From Schizosaccharomyces osmophilus (Eukaryota): 64,000 nt of DNA. The notes under the pieces are model-generated. The model did no database searches. It saw only the letters and a list, made by a program, of their open reading frames with translations, and had not been told where the DNA came from. The DNA lies in contig NC_079239.1 of NCBI RefSeq assembly GCF_027921745.1, forward strand, positions 744,001-808,000, given 5' to 3'. Of the stretch, positions 1 through 12,820 are shown one piece after another (the stretch's first letter is position 1; each line of letters opens with the position of its first letter). A program made the translations under genes and the position numbers.

Positions 1-262
1 AGTCACTGGTATAGATGGTCATTTTTTAGAATCTGAAATTTCGCTGGAAATATGATAGAGGTTTATTAAATTTATGTTAATGGAAATAAAAATAAAAATT
101 AAAGTATCCTATCAAGTAGGTTCCCTTCAACAAGGATACGGTCGAAAAAAAGCAGTTACTATTCAATATGATATTATTATACTAACAGGTTTAGTAAAAT
201 TAGTACTGCCATTTCAACAACTCTTCCCTTATGAATCTTCTGTCTCAGTGATTTTTTAGAGA

Positions 263-1824
263 ATGGCCGGGCTTTCAATGCTGTATAATGCAGCCATTGC
301 AAGTACTTTTATGAAAATCTTGCTTTTTCCATGCTATCGCTCGACCGACTTTGAGGTTCACAGAAACTGGCTAGCCATAACTCATTCATTACCCATTTCG
401 CAATGGTACACTTCAGCAATTTCGGAGTGGACATTGGACTATCCTCCTTTTTTTGCTTATTTTGAATTTGTTCTTTCCTGGATCGCGAAGTTACTCGGTT
501 TTGACGCAGAAATGCTAAACCCATACAATTTGAATTATGCGTCTCCTTCAGTAGTAATATTTCAAAGAAGCTCAGTTATTGTTTCAGAGTTAGTACTTTT
601 ATGGGCCTTGCGCGAATATGTGTATTCATATCCTGAGATCAATAGGGGAAATGCTGTACTCACTGCGATAGACACATTTTTATCACCTGGATTTCTCATT
701 ATAGATCACATTCATTTCCAGTATAATGGTTTTCTTTTTGGATTACTGATTTGGTCTCTAATTTTAGCCAAGCATAATCGATTGCTGCTGTCAGCTGCAG
801 TCTTCACGACCCTCATCTGCTTCAAGCATATATTTTTATACGTTGCTCCGGCTTACTTTATATACCTTTTACGAGTGTATTGCTTGAGTGAATCCGGGTT
901 CCGTCCGCAAATATTCAACACTATTAAGTTGGGGCTCACAGTTAGTAGTATTTTCCTTTTAGCATTTGGCCCTTGGATTTACATGGGACAAATTCCACAA
1001 CTCTTTACTCGACTTTTCCCATTTTCTAGAGGTCTTTGCCATGCTTATTGGGCACCTAATTTCTGGGCACTTTACTCTTTCTTCGACAGAGTAGCTTATG
1101 CTTTCTTACCTCGCCTTGGATATTCTTTTCCTGAGGTACCTTTTACGAACGCTCCTACACGTGGGCTGGTTGGAGACACGATGTTTTCGGTCTTGCCAAA
1201 TATTTCTCCCTCTTTTACTTTTTATTTATGCCTGGCTTTGCAAGGTTGCGTACTTTTAAAGTTGTTTCTCCGTCCCACTTGGCGCGTTTTTGTTGGAGCC
1301 ACCACTTTGTGCGCTTGGATTAGCTTTCTGTTTGGTTGGCATGTTCATGAAAAGGCAATCCTTATTGTCATCATTCCTTTCAGGTATGCTAGCTTTTTAT
1401 TAATCGTCCCACGTGAATCATAATGACTAACATTTGTAGTATTCTTTCTTTAATAGACCGTCGTTACCTGGAAGCTTTCCGTCCATTAGCCGTTGCAGGA
1501 TATATCTCTTTGCTTCCTTTGTTATTTACCTCTCAGGAAGCTCCCATCAAGTATCTTTTTACTGGCGCATGGGTCGCTGTTCTTTTGCATTTTGATAAAA
1601 ATGCGCCCGTCCCTGTTAAAAGAGTATTTTTGCTCAATAGAGTTAATCTTGCTTATGTGGCTGGGTTTGTTCCTTTGTTTATTTACAACTCATTTCTTCA
1701 CAATTTCATATTTGGCGGGCGATTTGAGTTCTTGCCATTAATGCTTTTAAGTACGTATTCGGCTTGGGGAATTTTTTGTGCTTTTATCAGTCTCTCTTGG
1801 CTATATTTTACTGATTTGAAATAG
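263..1824 (+). CDS. alg8: Dolichyl-P-Glc alpha-1,3-glucosyltransferase Alg8; one intron 1384-1439
   Basis: ALG6/ALG8 motifs STDFEVHRNWLAITHSLP, WTLDYPP, DHIHFQYNG, RLFPFSRGLCHAYWAPN, HVHEKAIL; a GTATGC donor, CTAAC branch and TAG acceptor join the two ORF-track pieces in frame. Confidence 0.95.
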
Positions 1825-2401
1825 CTCTTTCTGGTAAACAAAAAAAAACTATTGTATAAAAGGTTCGGTTATTGAATTTGATGATCCTTAATGATATATC
1901 CTTAATTTCGCTAGATGATAGAAAGCTTGGAGAGCAATATTATTACATTCGTTATTTGTTATTTTATAAATGGATAATCGATAAGTACTATCATGAATGC
2001 TTCACATTAGTTTCCAGTTTACTTTCAAACATTTAAATCATGTCAATCTACTGAAACGCATCCACCTGTTTACATACTGTCAACGAGAGAGTAGACAAAC
2101 CAGAAATAGTGAACCTGCTTGCCAGATAGTACAGTTTGGTATTTCCTTGCTTGATGTACTGTACCTTCCAGCAGAAAGACTGGTTGTTAAATATTACTGA
2201 GACTTAGATCTTCAGAATATTCATTTCAAAAAACATTAGAACAAAAGATGAATTTAAAGATTATTAAATAGCGTCTTTTCTGATTCAGTGCAACCGATGT
2301 AAACAAACGGTTACCCAAGTTTCCATGTTACCCACCCTTCAAAACATCCTTAGAACAATTCCAAACTAACTTTCTTTTAACATCTTCTTGTTCATGGAAT
2401 C

Positions 2402-3542
2402 ATGTCAAGCAAGGTTTTAAAATCTCTCGGCCTGCTTGCGGTAGGTACAATATCGGGTGTTTCTTTGGCAGGCTTGTACATTAAAACTGCACAAGAACCC
2501 GCGAATGCTGTTGAGCTTTCTCGTAGATCGAGAACAGATCCTTCGGTACTTCCAGAAGATACGAAATACGACTTTGATCCCGCAAAGTTTTTACAGTATG
2601 GAAACCCTGGGCCCGTAGCTGATCAAAGAGTCGCTCATGGATATATGTCTGTGTTTGATAGAAGAACACGCAACCCTTATTATGTAAGTTTTAATAGTCA
2701 TACAACGGTAGAAACCCCGTAGTTGAGGGAAGGATTCCTGTTGTTTATGATTAAGCATGTTTCTAATGATTTATCATAAACTGTAGACTGTCGAAACGAT
2801 TACAGAAGAATTGTTAGAGCAAAGAAATGGAAACCGCAAATTCTCAGAGTTCCGTCAAGATTCGAATATTCCTGAAATGTTTCAGGCTAAGCTGTTAGAT
2901 TACAGAGGCAGCGGTTACGATCGTGGTCATCAAACTCCTGCAGCAGACTGTAAATTCTCTCAGGAAGCTATGGATGACACATTTTTATTGTCGAATATGT
3001 GTCCTCAAGTTGGTGAGGGATTCAACAGAAACTGTAAGTAAATATTTACGTGCTCGGCATGCCTTACAGGCGAATTCGTAGCAGCCCTTCATACTAACTA
3101 TATACTAGACTGGGCATATCTCGAAGATTGGTGTAGATCCCTTACCAAAAAGTACGAATCTGTTACCATCATGACGGGACCATTATACCTTCCACAGAAG
3201 AACGAGAGAGGACAATGGGAAGTCCGTTATCGGATGGTAGGAAACCCACCAAATGTAGCTGTTCCTACTCATTTTTTCAAAGTCGTTATTGCTAAAGAAA
3301 AGGGTAAAGACAGCATGAAGCCTGTTGTTGGTGCCTTCGTTCTTCCCAATAAGCCTATCGCCGACAACTTCCCTTTGAAAAACTTTGCAGTCCCCGTAGA
3401 AGTAGTTGAACGCTCCAGTGGGTTGGAGATTCTCCAAAAGGTTTCCAAAGGTAACCGAAAAGAGCTTTGCAAGCAAATCGAATGCAACCTCAATACCAAA
3501 GCATTCCTTGAAGAAATCCAGCGGAAGCAACGTAGATCTTAA
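2402..3542 (+). CDS. pnu1: Mitochondrial EndoG-type DNA/RNA non-specific nuclease; introns 2684-2786 and 3034-3108
   Basis: DRGH active-site motif (YRGSGYDRGHQTPAADC), NMCPQVGEGFNR, VPTHFFK; canonical splice signals. Confidence 0.95.
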
Positions 3543-3729
3543 TGCTCTATAATAGGAGATTGAAACGCAGCTGATGTTTAAGCATAACGTTTTAGAGAAA
3601 TCTAACTAACCCCCTCTTTTCAGTATACATATTATAAATTTAAGATACTTTAGGTCGATAGACTACAGCCCATTAGAGATGTAAAGCATTTATTGACTAG
3701 TAAATATCATTGAGCGTATGTCCGTGAAA

Positions 3730-4137
3730 CTACTGAATGTTTTTTTGTTCGTTCTGCATACGAGAAATGTAAGTTCGAGAAACAACGTTCCAAGCGTCCA
3801 TGTAACGTTCCATACACTTTGAAACACAAGCCTTAAAAACAGTTAATACTTCGTCCAGGTACCTTCTAATTTAGCCTCAGATTAACGTACCTTTTCGTTA
3901 TCACTGAAGGAGCTTCCTGGTTGAGTAACGCACTTGTCAAAGCAGCTTTCGTTGATTTTCTATCAAAGCAAGTTAGAATCATTTCTCGAAAATAGTTTTC
4001 AAAAAAAAAATTTCACATACGCTGATCAATTCACCAGCTTGAGCAACAGCAAGCTCTTGACGGATCTGTTTCATAAAAACATTTTTCTTGTCTTCTGGGG
4101 ACACTGTAGGTCCACTATTACCACCAAAAATTCCCAT
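3730..4137 (-). CDS. tim13: Small Tim chaperone Tim13 (absent from the ORF track); introns 3960-4020 and 3832-3890
   Basis: Manual spliced translation [95 protein letters not shown]; twin CX3C motif. Confidence 0.93.
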
Positions 4138-5365
4138 TTTATTCTTTTGACGACTTTTTGGAAGAAAAGTTTGTAGATGCTGCCTTTTGTATTCCTTGCG
4201 GGTAAAAGGGCTGTTGGTATGTACTGGGTCTGAAAGGAGGTACTCTACCCCCGAGAGGGAAATTCAGAAGAATGGACGGACAGTCTTACTGGAAGAAATA
4301 TGAATGCAATTTTAAATTTCAAAAAAGTAGGTAGCGTTTGAATTTGCTCATTTGGAAAACTAAAGCTTCTATAGCATTGCAATCTGGAAAGTCATCTTTC
4401 CGGTGCAATACGAGGTAAATGCTCCTTTACGAGCTCCCAAAAGTTTTTTGTGCTTGTTGATTGCTTTATGAATAGCTGTTAAAGCATGCTTTGAAAGCTC
4501 TTCCAGTGGATTTCAATGGTATTTTTAATGAAATAAAGGCAACACGGAACGAATAAACCTTACGAAGGCGTTATAGGATCATGGACGTCCTCGTTTTTAT
4601 TCCATGAATGGAGATCAGTAAGCTCCAATACTGACTGTATTGAAACAAGACTATATAAGTGGACCGGGGATGAGTGGTGATGAAACACGAGTGAAAGGAT
4701 TCCATGATGCTTGAAACATTTAAACACATGCTCTCTCTCTCTCCATTTCCATTCCTTGACAAGTCGATTTTTAGCTTGCAGGACAAGAACGCGACCTCTT
4801 TACTCACATGAAAACGTAACAGAAATCGTCCAAGCTACCTGGCTCAAATTCTATGAAATTAATTTAAAATTTGATTGAACCATTCATTTATTTTTTTCTA
4901 TTGGTTTCGCATGTATAAGGGTGTTGTCTATATGTTGGAAACCTCTGAAAAGAATATCTAAATCTTAAGTTTACGGCTTTGTTTAATTAGCTTTTTCCTT
5001 TGATTATCTTTTTTGAGATTTACATGGATTGAAACAAAGCAATCTCGGACCGCTTTATCCATGTGTTGATATACATATCTATGCTCTTCACTACATACCC
5101 AACTACTACTACATCCGTTTTGTTAGTGTAATACTAATAAAAGAATCCTTTGTACATAGAGAAAGTACTTTGTATTGGATTGTTTGTGTTTCCACTTTTC
5201 TTCACCTTGCCTGCCAAAAATTTATAGATATTTGTTGTAGTTTCTGTTGCCATTTGTGTGTGCCAAAACAAACGACCTGTATCTATTTCTCGTTTCTTGA
5301 TTGGGATTGGGCTTTTGCAATAGTTGTTCTTATAATTGCCGTCTTTAATTTATTCCTTATTTAAG

Positions 5366-6241
5366 ATGCTTGGAGTTCAGTTGTCAGAAACCATATTCAA
5401 GTTCCTAGTTGATTTTTCTTCTTTTCTAGGTGCGCTGTCGTTGGGATGCTGGGTTGTTTTGTTAATTCCCCAATTACTGGAAAATTACAAAAATCAATCG
5501 AGTGACAGCATCTCTCCATTATTCCTCATTCTGTGGTTAGTGGGTGATGTATTCAACATCATTGGTTCTGTCTGGGGGAACGTTTCTTCAACAGTTTTGG
5601 TGCTTGCAGTTTATTATATTGGTGCCGATTTTGTCTTGCTCTTGCAGGTGTATTACTATCGCTGGAAAGCGTTTCGCAAATCTAGACAAGAGCATGAACC
5701 CTTACTGCAAAGCCGTTCACTAGAAGAAGGTCTTCATGAACCATTAGATGAAAACTTGATATGGTGGGATCGTCTCTCCCTTCGTGGACAATTCGGGTGC
5801 ATGGCTTGTGTAGTACTCATAACCACATTTATTGGAAATGTTTTAATAAACAATGCCACTTCCGATAACAGTGATGATCAAGTAAATAAATGGCCTTTTA
5901 TAGCTGGCTGTATTAGCTCGATTTTATATTTCTTTGCGAGATTTCCTCAAATCATAAAGAACTACAAATCCAAATCCACCGATGGTATGTGATGAAACAT
6001 ATATTTTAATATTTGTTGCTTTTTACTAACTCGTAATCTAGGACTTTCTATTATTTTCTTTATTCTTTCCATGCTAGGAAATACAGCTTATACGTTGAGT
6101 ATCTTGGTGTATCCCGCATCGGACTATATGAATTACTTCAGGACGAATATCCCATGGATATTTGGCGCTTTCAGTACCATTTTCTTAGACCTATTCATTT
6201 TCTACCAGTTTCTGCTTTACCGTCATCACTCACATTTTTAA
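5366..6241 (+). CDS. stm1: PQ-loop vacuolar amino-acid transporter Stm1; intron 5985-6041
   Basis: Two PQ-loop repeats (LIPQLLENYK, RFPQIIKNYKSKSTDGLS), hydrophobic helices; first ATG at 5366; exon 2 ends at TAA 6239-6241. Confidence 0.88.
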
Positions 6242-6305
6242 ATGAATCCTAAAGAAATACGGAAAACTGCTAGAATATTACATTACCTATGGAATCTCTA
6301 ATCCA

Positions 6306-7242
6306 TTATTGCCAACTTGGTAGTAGTACGGCAGAAGGAAAGATGTCTAAAAGATTCATTAGCATGTATTTTAAGGGTAACATGAATATATTGCTTTGCA
6401 AAGGTAATTCGAGTAAGTCGAATTGCAAAAGCCATTCAAACATACCTTTTAACTGGGAAATGGGACGTTCAAAAACATCAGCTTTGTAGGTTGCGCGAGG
6501 AAATGTTGTCGTAAATGCAGAAGGTATAGGCACGTGAAGTTTCTCAGAAACTTGTTGCGCGACATCTTGTAAAGTCTGCTCTGCCGGTATGACAAGATTA
6601 CACACTTGCCCTTGATGGCGAATGGAGAAACGACCCGAAGAAGGAGGACCACGAGAAGCGGCTTTCGTAGTAGCAGAGGTAGAAGGGGAAGCTGAAGTTG
6701 ACGGCTTTTCCGTAGCAGGGGCATCAGTAGAGGAAGCGGTTTTCGTAGCTGACGAAGTAGCAGCAGCACGTTTCTTTTTATCCGCCTCAATTTCGGCCAA
6801 AATCTTTTTTCGTTGTTCTTGATCTTCAAGTTTTTGTTGGCGCATCTTTTGAAACTCACGGAGACGTGTTTGATTTTGGAGTTGTCGCTTGGCTTCAGCG
6901 GTTTCATCGTTAGACTTTTGAAGAATTCTAAAGTTCTTTTTATTTTCCTCCTGTTCCAGAGCTTTCTGTTGCTTCTTCTTCTCTTCTGCCTTCTTTTTCA
7001 TTGCCTCGATAGCTGCTTTGATTTCTTCAGGAGAACGCTGTTGAACCTATTCCAATGCACACTGTTAGCTATACCACACACATCATATGGTAGATCCACT
7101 TTTCTTTATGCCAGCTCCACTGAACATTACATACCTCTTCTTCTGTTTCTTCAAAGTTTTCATGACCCGACTTGACGCCATGGAACTCTGCCATCTCGAT
7201 GGACGAGAGCAGCTTACCGCAATCAGAGCATTTCAAAGTCAT
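6306..7242 (-). CDS. C2H2 zinc finger / coiled-coil / UBX-like C-terminus protein (SPAC17C9.11c-like); introns 7047-7134 and 6347-6445
   Basis: Exon 1 MTLKCSDCGKLLSSIEMAEFHGVKSGHENFEE (CxxC...H...H), coiled coil ending QRKKILAEIEADK, C-terminal TTFPR loop and FPSAVL typical of UBX folds. Confidence 0.82.
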
Positions 7243-8202
7243 TTCTCTCTATTTCACCTCGATAGAGACAATGGAGGTATGGAGGTAAGGATTTGAGATA
7301 CGATGAAACAAGGTAGAACTCTATGACAGTTGAAGCGTAAAACACAGTCTTCCTGTTAAGTCTACAAAGTCAAAAACTAGATATCGCTTTGATGGATAGA
7401 ATTGAGAAGTGATTTGCGTTTTGCCTTATGTTTGGTTCTTTCTAGAAATCCTAAACTAGCTGTAGAGTGATGTAGACAGCTTAGCATGGTTTTATCTAAA
7501 CCACCTTTCATTGCATTCGTAGGCAATAAACATTTTGAAAAAAGTTAAAAAATATATAATAATAGACATTTTAATGGAATTATTGTAAACTAACCCTTCT
7601 GGGTTGGTTTACAATGTGAAGATCTCAGAACCTTTCTTTGTTTTTATTGTACCGCAAGCTCAATGGATTTTATTTCACTCTTTTTTTTTAAAAAAAAAAA
7701 CTTCACTTTTACTTTCATTTACCTCTTAATTTCGTATATTTCTTTTTGTTTTCTTTGTTTATATTTCCTTTTGTTTATTTACATTTTCTTTGATGTAAGA
7801 ATTACGGCATTTTTCGTTTCTTAATGTTTTTTAATTTCTCCTTTGACTTCCGTAAATGATATCACTCCACCGAATAGTGCCTCTTCCCTTTACAATTCAA
7901 GTGTTCACTGCAGTTTCAGAGAATTCATCCCAATTTACTTGTTCTATTCACTTCTACTGCTCACGAATTGTTATTTTGAGTCCTGTTTAAAACAATAGAC
8001 GATTTTGAAGAACCTACCTCAAATCCTCATTATTTTGAAATCGTAGATTTGTTGGAAGGACAACTCGCTCTCTTTTTTATACACAGTTTTCAATTTTGCG
8101 TGCCTCTTTCTTGTGCTAGTTACTTTTAGACTCTATTTTTAGAATTTCCTTGAAGCATTAAGTCTTTCCTGGAATTGATCGATTCGATCAACGTCTTTCA
8201 AT

Positions 8203-9247
8203 ATGTCAGTTGAATGCAAGAGCTCAATTTTCTTCCCAAGGCCACTTACTCAACTGGTCAAGCGAGATTTTCAATTGTTTAATCCGTCCCCCGTACCTAT
8301 CGGCTTCAAGGTCAAAACAACTGCTCCAAAGCAGTATTGTGTGCGTCCCAATGGCGGCAGAATCGACCCTCATTCATCTGCGTCCATTCAAGGTATGCTG
8401 ATTTGCTTTTCTTCTTCTCTATGTTAGCGCGGATGAAAGGAATCGTTGGTCTTTGTACATCCTACTAACCACTGCATCTAGTCATCTTGCAACCTTTGGA
8501 TCATGAGCCAGCACCTAATGCCAAGTGCCGTGACAAGTTTCTCGTTCAAAGTGCAGAACTTCGACCGGAACTTGAAGGAGTTGACATTACTGAGATCGTA
8601 AGTCCCTTTTTTTTTTTTTGGCTTTGCACATACTAACTAGCTTTTTTCTTTAGTGGAATCAAGTAAGAAGAGAAGACATTCATGAGCGTAAAATCCGCTG
8701 CTTTTTTGGTGACCCCTCGGAAGAAGAAGCTTTACACCGCCACAAAAATTCTTTATCAAGCTCTGCAGGTAGTGCTGCTTTTGTATCTCAGGGTCCCAAT
8801 CCTGCCTATGGCAGACAAGCTCAACAACCTTCTGGAAATTCTGGTCCCCCTATTGTCACACAGCCTGCTCAAACGCCTCGTTCCTCGGTTGATGCGCCTG
8901 GCCCCTCAACGACAGCTTCAAAGGCCGCACCCCCAACTTATACAGGTGAGCCGTTTGCCGCAACTACAAATACAACGCATTCAAATACTTCTGCTCCTGC
9001 ACCTGCACCTGCATCCAATCCCATCAATCCCCGATTTCAATCGGCAGTTGCTATGTCGCCTACTGAGCCAAAATCATCGACGACTACTCATTTTGGAAAC
9101 ACACTTTTACCGGCTACAAAATCTACGTCTACCTTTGGTCGACCCACGAGTGGCGCCAAAGTTGTACCTCAAATTCACAATACTGTCACTATACAAACTG
9201 CTGTTTTATTGGCCGTTATTTGTTTCTTGGTAGGCCTTCTATTCTAA
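8203..9247 (+). CDS. scs22: VAP-family (MSP domain) ER tail-anchored protein; introns 8393-8481 and 8598-8653
   Basis: FKVKTTAPKQYCVRPN MSP signature, KCRDKFLVQS, C-terminal transmembrane helix AVLLAVICFLVGLLF. Confidence 0.88.
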
Positions 9248-9248
9248 T

Positions 9249-10046
9249 CTAGATATATTGATGCGTGTTCAACCATCCAATTCCGCTTTCGTTTCCCACG
9301 TTCATTCCATTAGTTGCTCCATAGTAGTGTAAATGATTTTGTGGTGCCTGTAGTTGTTGAATAGCAGCGTTTCTATCTCGTAAAATTGGTTCGTTTTCTC
9401 GTAATTCCTTTAAATATACAACAGCCTCTTGTAACCGGTTATGGGATTTTTGATTATGCTCCTCCAATTCTTCGATTGGCAAAAGCGGCAGAATCGGCCG
9501 CTCCTCCAATTGTTTAAGTACCACCAGCCAAGCTCCTGTAAGCTCATAGTAAGCTTGGCTTTTATAAACATTATGATTAGGATTATGAAATTCCGGGAGC
9601 TGATGAACGACGTTAGTAGCAGCATCCAAGAAGGCAAAATTATATTCAAAACAAGTGGAATGAGGGGGTAAATAACATGGAACTAAATCATTTAAAGCAT
9701 GTAAAACAGCCATGTACTTTTCACGAATTCGGTTAAATGCATACTCTCCTCTCTTATCCCCACCGTAGGGGAAAGAAGAGTGCAACGTTTCGGACAATTT
9801 TTGCATGGTACCGATGCATGTTTCCAAGGAAGGTACGGGTAACTTTTCACGAATATCGCGTCCTAAATCTGGATGCTTCTCAACACATTGAAGCAGCAAG
9901 GATACCAGCTGTTGTTTTTCTGTATACTGAAACAAACGAGGTAGAGGTAGTTGATTTCCAACAGGCAATTGTCGAGCTTTTTTCACTATAGGTTCATCAG
10001 AATCCGCTTTGCGCTTCTTCATATAAGAATAAGAGAGTGTTTCCAT
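9249..10046 (-). CDS. cut8: Nuclear proteasome tether Cut8 (Sts1 family)
   Basis: N-terminal KKRKAD NLS, QLPLPRL, FPYGG..EYAFNR motifs of the Cut8/STS1 family. Confidence 0.93.
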   Translation of the reverse strand: METLSYSYMKKRKADSDEPIVKKARQLPVGNQLPLPRLFQYTEKQQLVSLLLQCVEKHPDLGRDIREKLPVPSLETCIGTMQKLSETLHSSFPYGGDKRGEYAFNRIREKYMAVLHALNDLVPCYLPPHSTCFEYNFAFLDAATNVVHQLPEFHNPNHNVYKSQAYYELTGAWLVVLKQLEERPILPLLPIEELEEHNQKSHNRLQEAVVYLKELRENEPILRDRNAAIQQLQAPQNHLHYYGATNGMNVGNESGIGWLNTHQYI

Positions 10047-11183
10047 TTTTTTTTAGAATCAATAACAACGGCGTTAAGGAAAAAGTTCAAATGCAACGAG
10101 GGGAGGAATCGAAAAGAAATTAAAGTTTATTATGCGATAAGAAGAGAAAAAACAATCAACACGATTATAAGGGACAACGAATAAATTAAAATTGAATAAA
10201 GAACAAGACCTGAAAATCAAGTGAGTCCTCTTGAATAGGAATAGGCCGAAAGAAATTTGCGGAATATCACAGGAATCAAAGGAAAACAGGTAAAAAACCT
10301 CACTAAACGCTTCCCTAAATATAAGGAAAAGCCGGATATGAATTGGACTCTAACTTTCAAACTTTGCCAAAAGAGATTTTTGAAGAGATCACCAGGAAAC
10401 GAAAAGCAAGAAAGAAAATGTCTTGCTTACAAGATAATGATGGAAGAAAAGAGCAATCAAACAACCTTTTCTTCGGTTTTCAATATATTACCCAAGTAAT
10501 GGAAAAAGGTAGATTGAAGAAGTCGTTTATACTGAAGTAGCCCCAAAGTAGGAGAAGAATAAGGAATTTCGCCGATACGATAGACTAAATTTAGCGAAGC
10601 ACACTAATTCCAGTTCAAATTGGTAAATAAATTTTCAATAAATAAAGCGTAACTAGCATAATATGTAAATAAATAAGAACAAAGTCCCTGTAAACAAACA
10701 AGCTGAAGATTCAAGAAATAAAAAAAAAAAAGTTCAAGTTCAAAAGGACCTCACAAGTAAATTTTATGGTTCTACGGGGAGAATTTCTGGATCATTCAGT
10801 AATGGGCTTCTTCATAGATTGATAAAAATTGTTGCATTCTTTCCAACCTAATAGTTTCCAAAAGTGAACCGGTTCTATTGAGAGAGCATTGCCTTTAGAA
10901 ACTAGGACTTCTTACCTTTGCATCCAGAGTAATGTTGTGGTAAACGAAACAGTTTCAAATGACAAAACAACCAAGCCAAGCCAACAGACCGTTGCCTCAG
11001 ACAAAGCGCGTATGTGTCTATAAAAGATAAAGAAAGATTCTATTCCGAAAACATTAAAAAGGATTGGTTTTCTGCAGATTTGTCGATTGATTATATTCTT
11101 TAAAGGAGGTTATTTCACTCTAGGAAATCGACCTAGACGAACGGTATTTAAAGAAAAAGCAAACAGGAAACAGGTTCTTGAGA

Positions 11184-11990
11184 ATGTCAAATTCCGATCA
11201 AAACGGACATGGGGCTTCGGACGTACCGAAAGGAAAGGAAGAAATGAACGAGCTAGATGGTATGTTGTTGGATTAAGTACAAAAGTTCACTCACTGTTCA
11301 AAAGTCTGCATTGGGAGTCAAACTGTACTACTGGCATTATAAAAGGTACCAAAAGGAAGTAGAGAAGACTAACAACATACACTACTAGACATTTTAGACG
11401 AGCTTGACTTACCTCCCAAAGTCGACAAAGATGAGCAAAGAAAGCAAGGGGATGCGCACGGTGACGACAAGATGAATGAACCAAAGAAAAGTGAAGGCAG
11501 CCTTGATGTCTTGATTGAAGACATGATGAACAAGTTTCATGGATCAGGGAATCCGGATGCATCTGAAAAAGAAAATTTGGCATCGATGGGTTTAAATAAC
11601 GACAATGATCTTTTCCAATCTATTTTCGGGAACGCCCGTGAAACTGGAGATGCCTCCAATACAGAAGATATCAATTACGATGCTTTGGAAAATGCTCTCA
11701 ATTCTCTCATGTCTCAAGTGACGAGCAAAGAAATCCTTTACGAGCCACTCAAGGACTTGGAAGGAAAGTATACGAGCTTTTTAAAAGATGAAAAAAATAC
11801 AAAGGATGTAACATATCAAAAGCAGTTTTCGAAGATTCAGCGGTGTATCGCCATCTTTGAAAATTCGGATTACCAAGTACAGCGTGATTCTCCCGAGGTT
11901 GCCAAGCTAGTTGAGGAAATTCAAGAAGATCCACTTCCACCCTCGCTTATGGACTCTTCATTTGCAGCGACTGGCTGTCCTTTGCAATAG
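11184..11990 (+). CDS. pex19: Peroxin Pex19; intron 11260-11388
   Basis: Spliced N-terminus gives ELDDILDELD (Pex3-binding helix); SKEILYEPLKDL motif; C-terminal CaaX CPLQ. Confidence 0.92.
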
Positions 11991-12290
11991 ATTTGGTCTT
12001 CCCTCAAGGAGAAGTCATATATACCTGCTGCAAAAAAGCTTTTAAAGTGATACTCATTCAAGGGTGTTTGCGAATGCTTACCTTTGTTTTCCTTAGAGTC
12101 CTAGACTACGTTTGTATATTACAGAATGCAAGTTAATAAATTATACCGGAATCCATTCATTTATGCAATGTAAATAAATATTAACGAGAAAAAACTACCA
12201 GTGTTTTTGGTAAGGTGGTGAAATCATTGATGACCAGCATCTTTGTCATTTCCACGACCCTGCGAGGGAGAGATGCTCATTAACCGTCTT

Positions 12291-12647
12291 TTACCCAAAT
12301 TCAAGAGGAACTTCCTGTGAATCCTCTTCTTGTACAGCCTCCAAATCGGCAGGATCCAAAACATATTCTTCTGACGCCAACTCAAGTTGCTTTTCATACT
12401 CCTGCTGCATATTTTGATCTATAAAACGATTCATTTCCAGGTATCCACCTCTTTGCTTATTCCATTTACTCTCTCGTCGCGTAGTTTGCAAGTTTTCATT
12501 TTGTGTACGCGTCCTGTCCCGAAAACACGTCCATGCATCCCTTTGGGCTCTTGCTTTTTGCGGCGAAATTCGTACAGGGCTATGTCTTTTGTTTACAACT
12601 AGCATATCGTCATTCAAATTCTGAAAGTATTCCTCGGATTCGTTCAT
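12291..12647 (-). CDS. Small lineage-specific hypothetical protein (position of SPAC17C9.15c)
   Basis: 118-aa ATG-initiated hydrophilic ORF filling the gap between pex19 and the tRNA; recalled synteny. Confidence 0.65.
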   Translation of the reverse strand: MNESEEYFQNLNDDMLVVNKRHSPVRISPQKARAQRDAWTCFRDRTRTQNENLQTTRRESKWNKQRGGYLEMNRFIDQNMQQEYEKQLELASEEYVLDPADLEAVQEEDSQEVPLEFG

Positions 12648-12820
12648 TTACATCGATATTGTCCTTCCCTAAGTTCTATCTAGCCGCCAAATATGTATGT
12701 GTACAAGGTAAAAGCTGCACTCAGTCGGTACTGTAAACGTATATCCAAATAAAGTTTCGTTAGGATTTGGTATTTTCTATAAGAATATATTGCTTAACCT
12801 TTCATGGTTTTATACAAGTA

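Noticed and set aside
4660..4720. GATGAG...TGATGAAAC resembling a hammerhead or box C motif
   Set aside because: No CUGAUGA core with flanking stems, and no matching box D or terminal stem found
8682..9233. 183-aa alternative-frame ORF overlapping scs22 exon 3
   Set aside because: The spliced VAP frame explains the region; the shifted frame of a Pro/Ser/Ala-rich segment is naturally stop-poor
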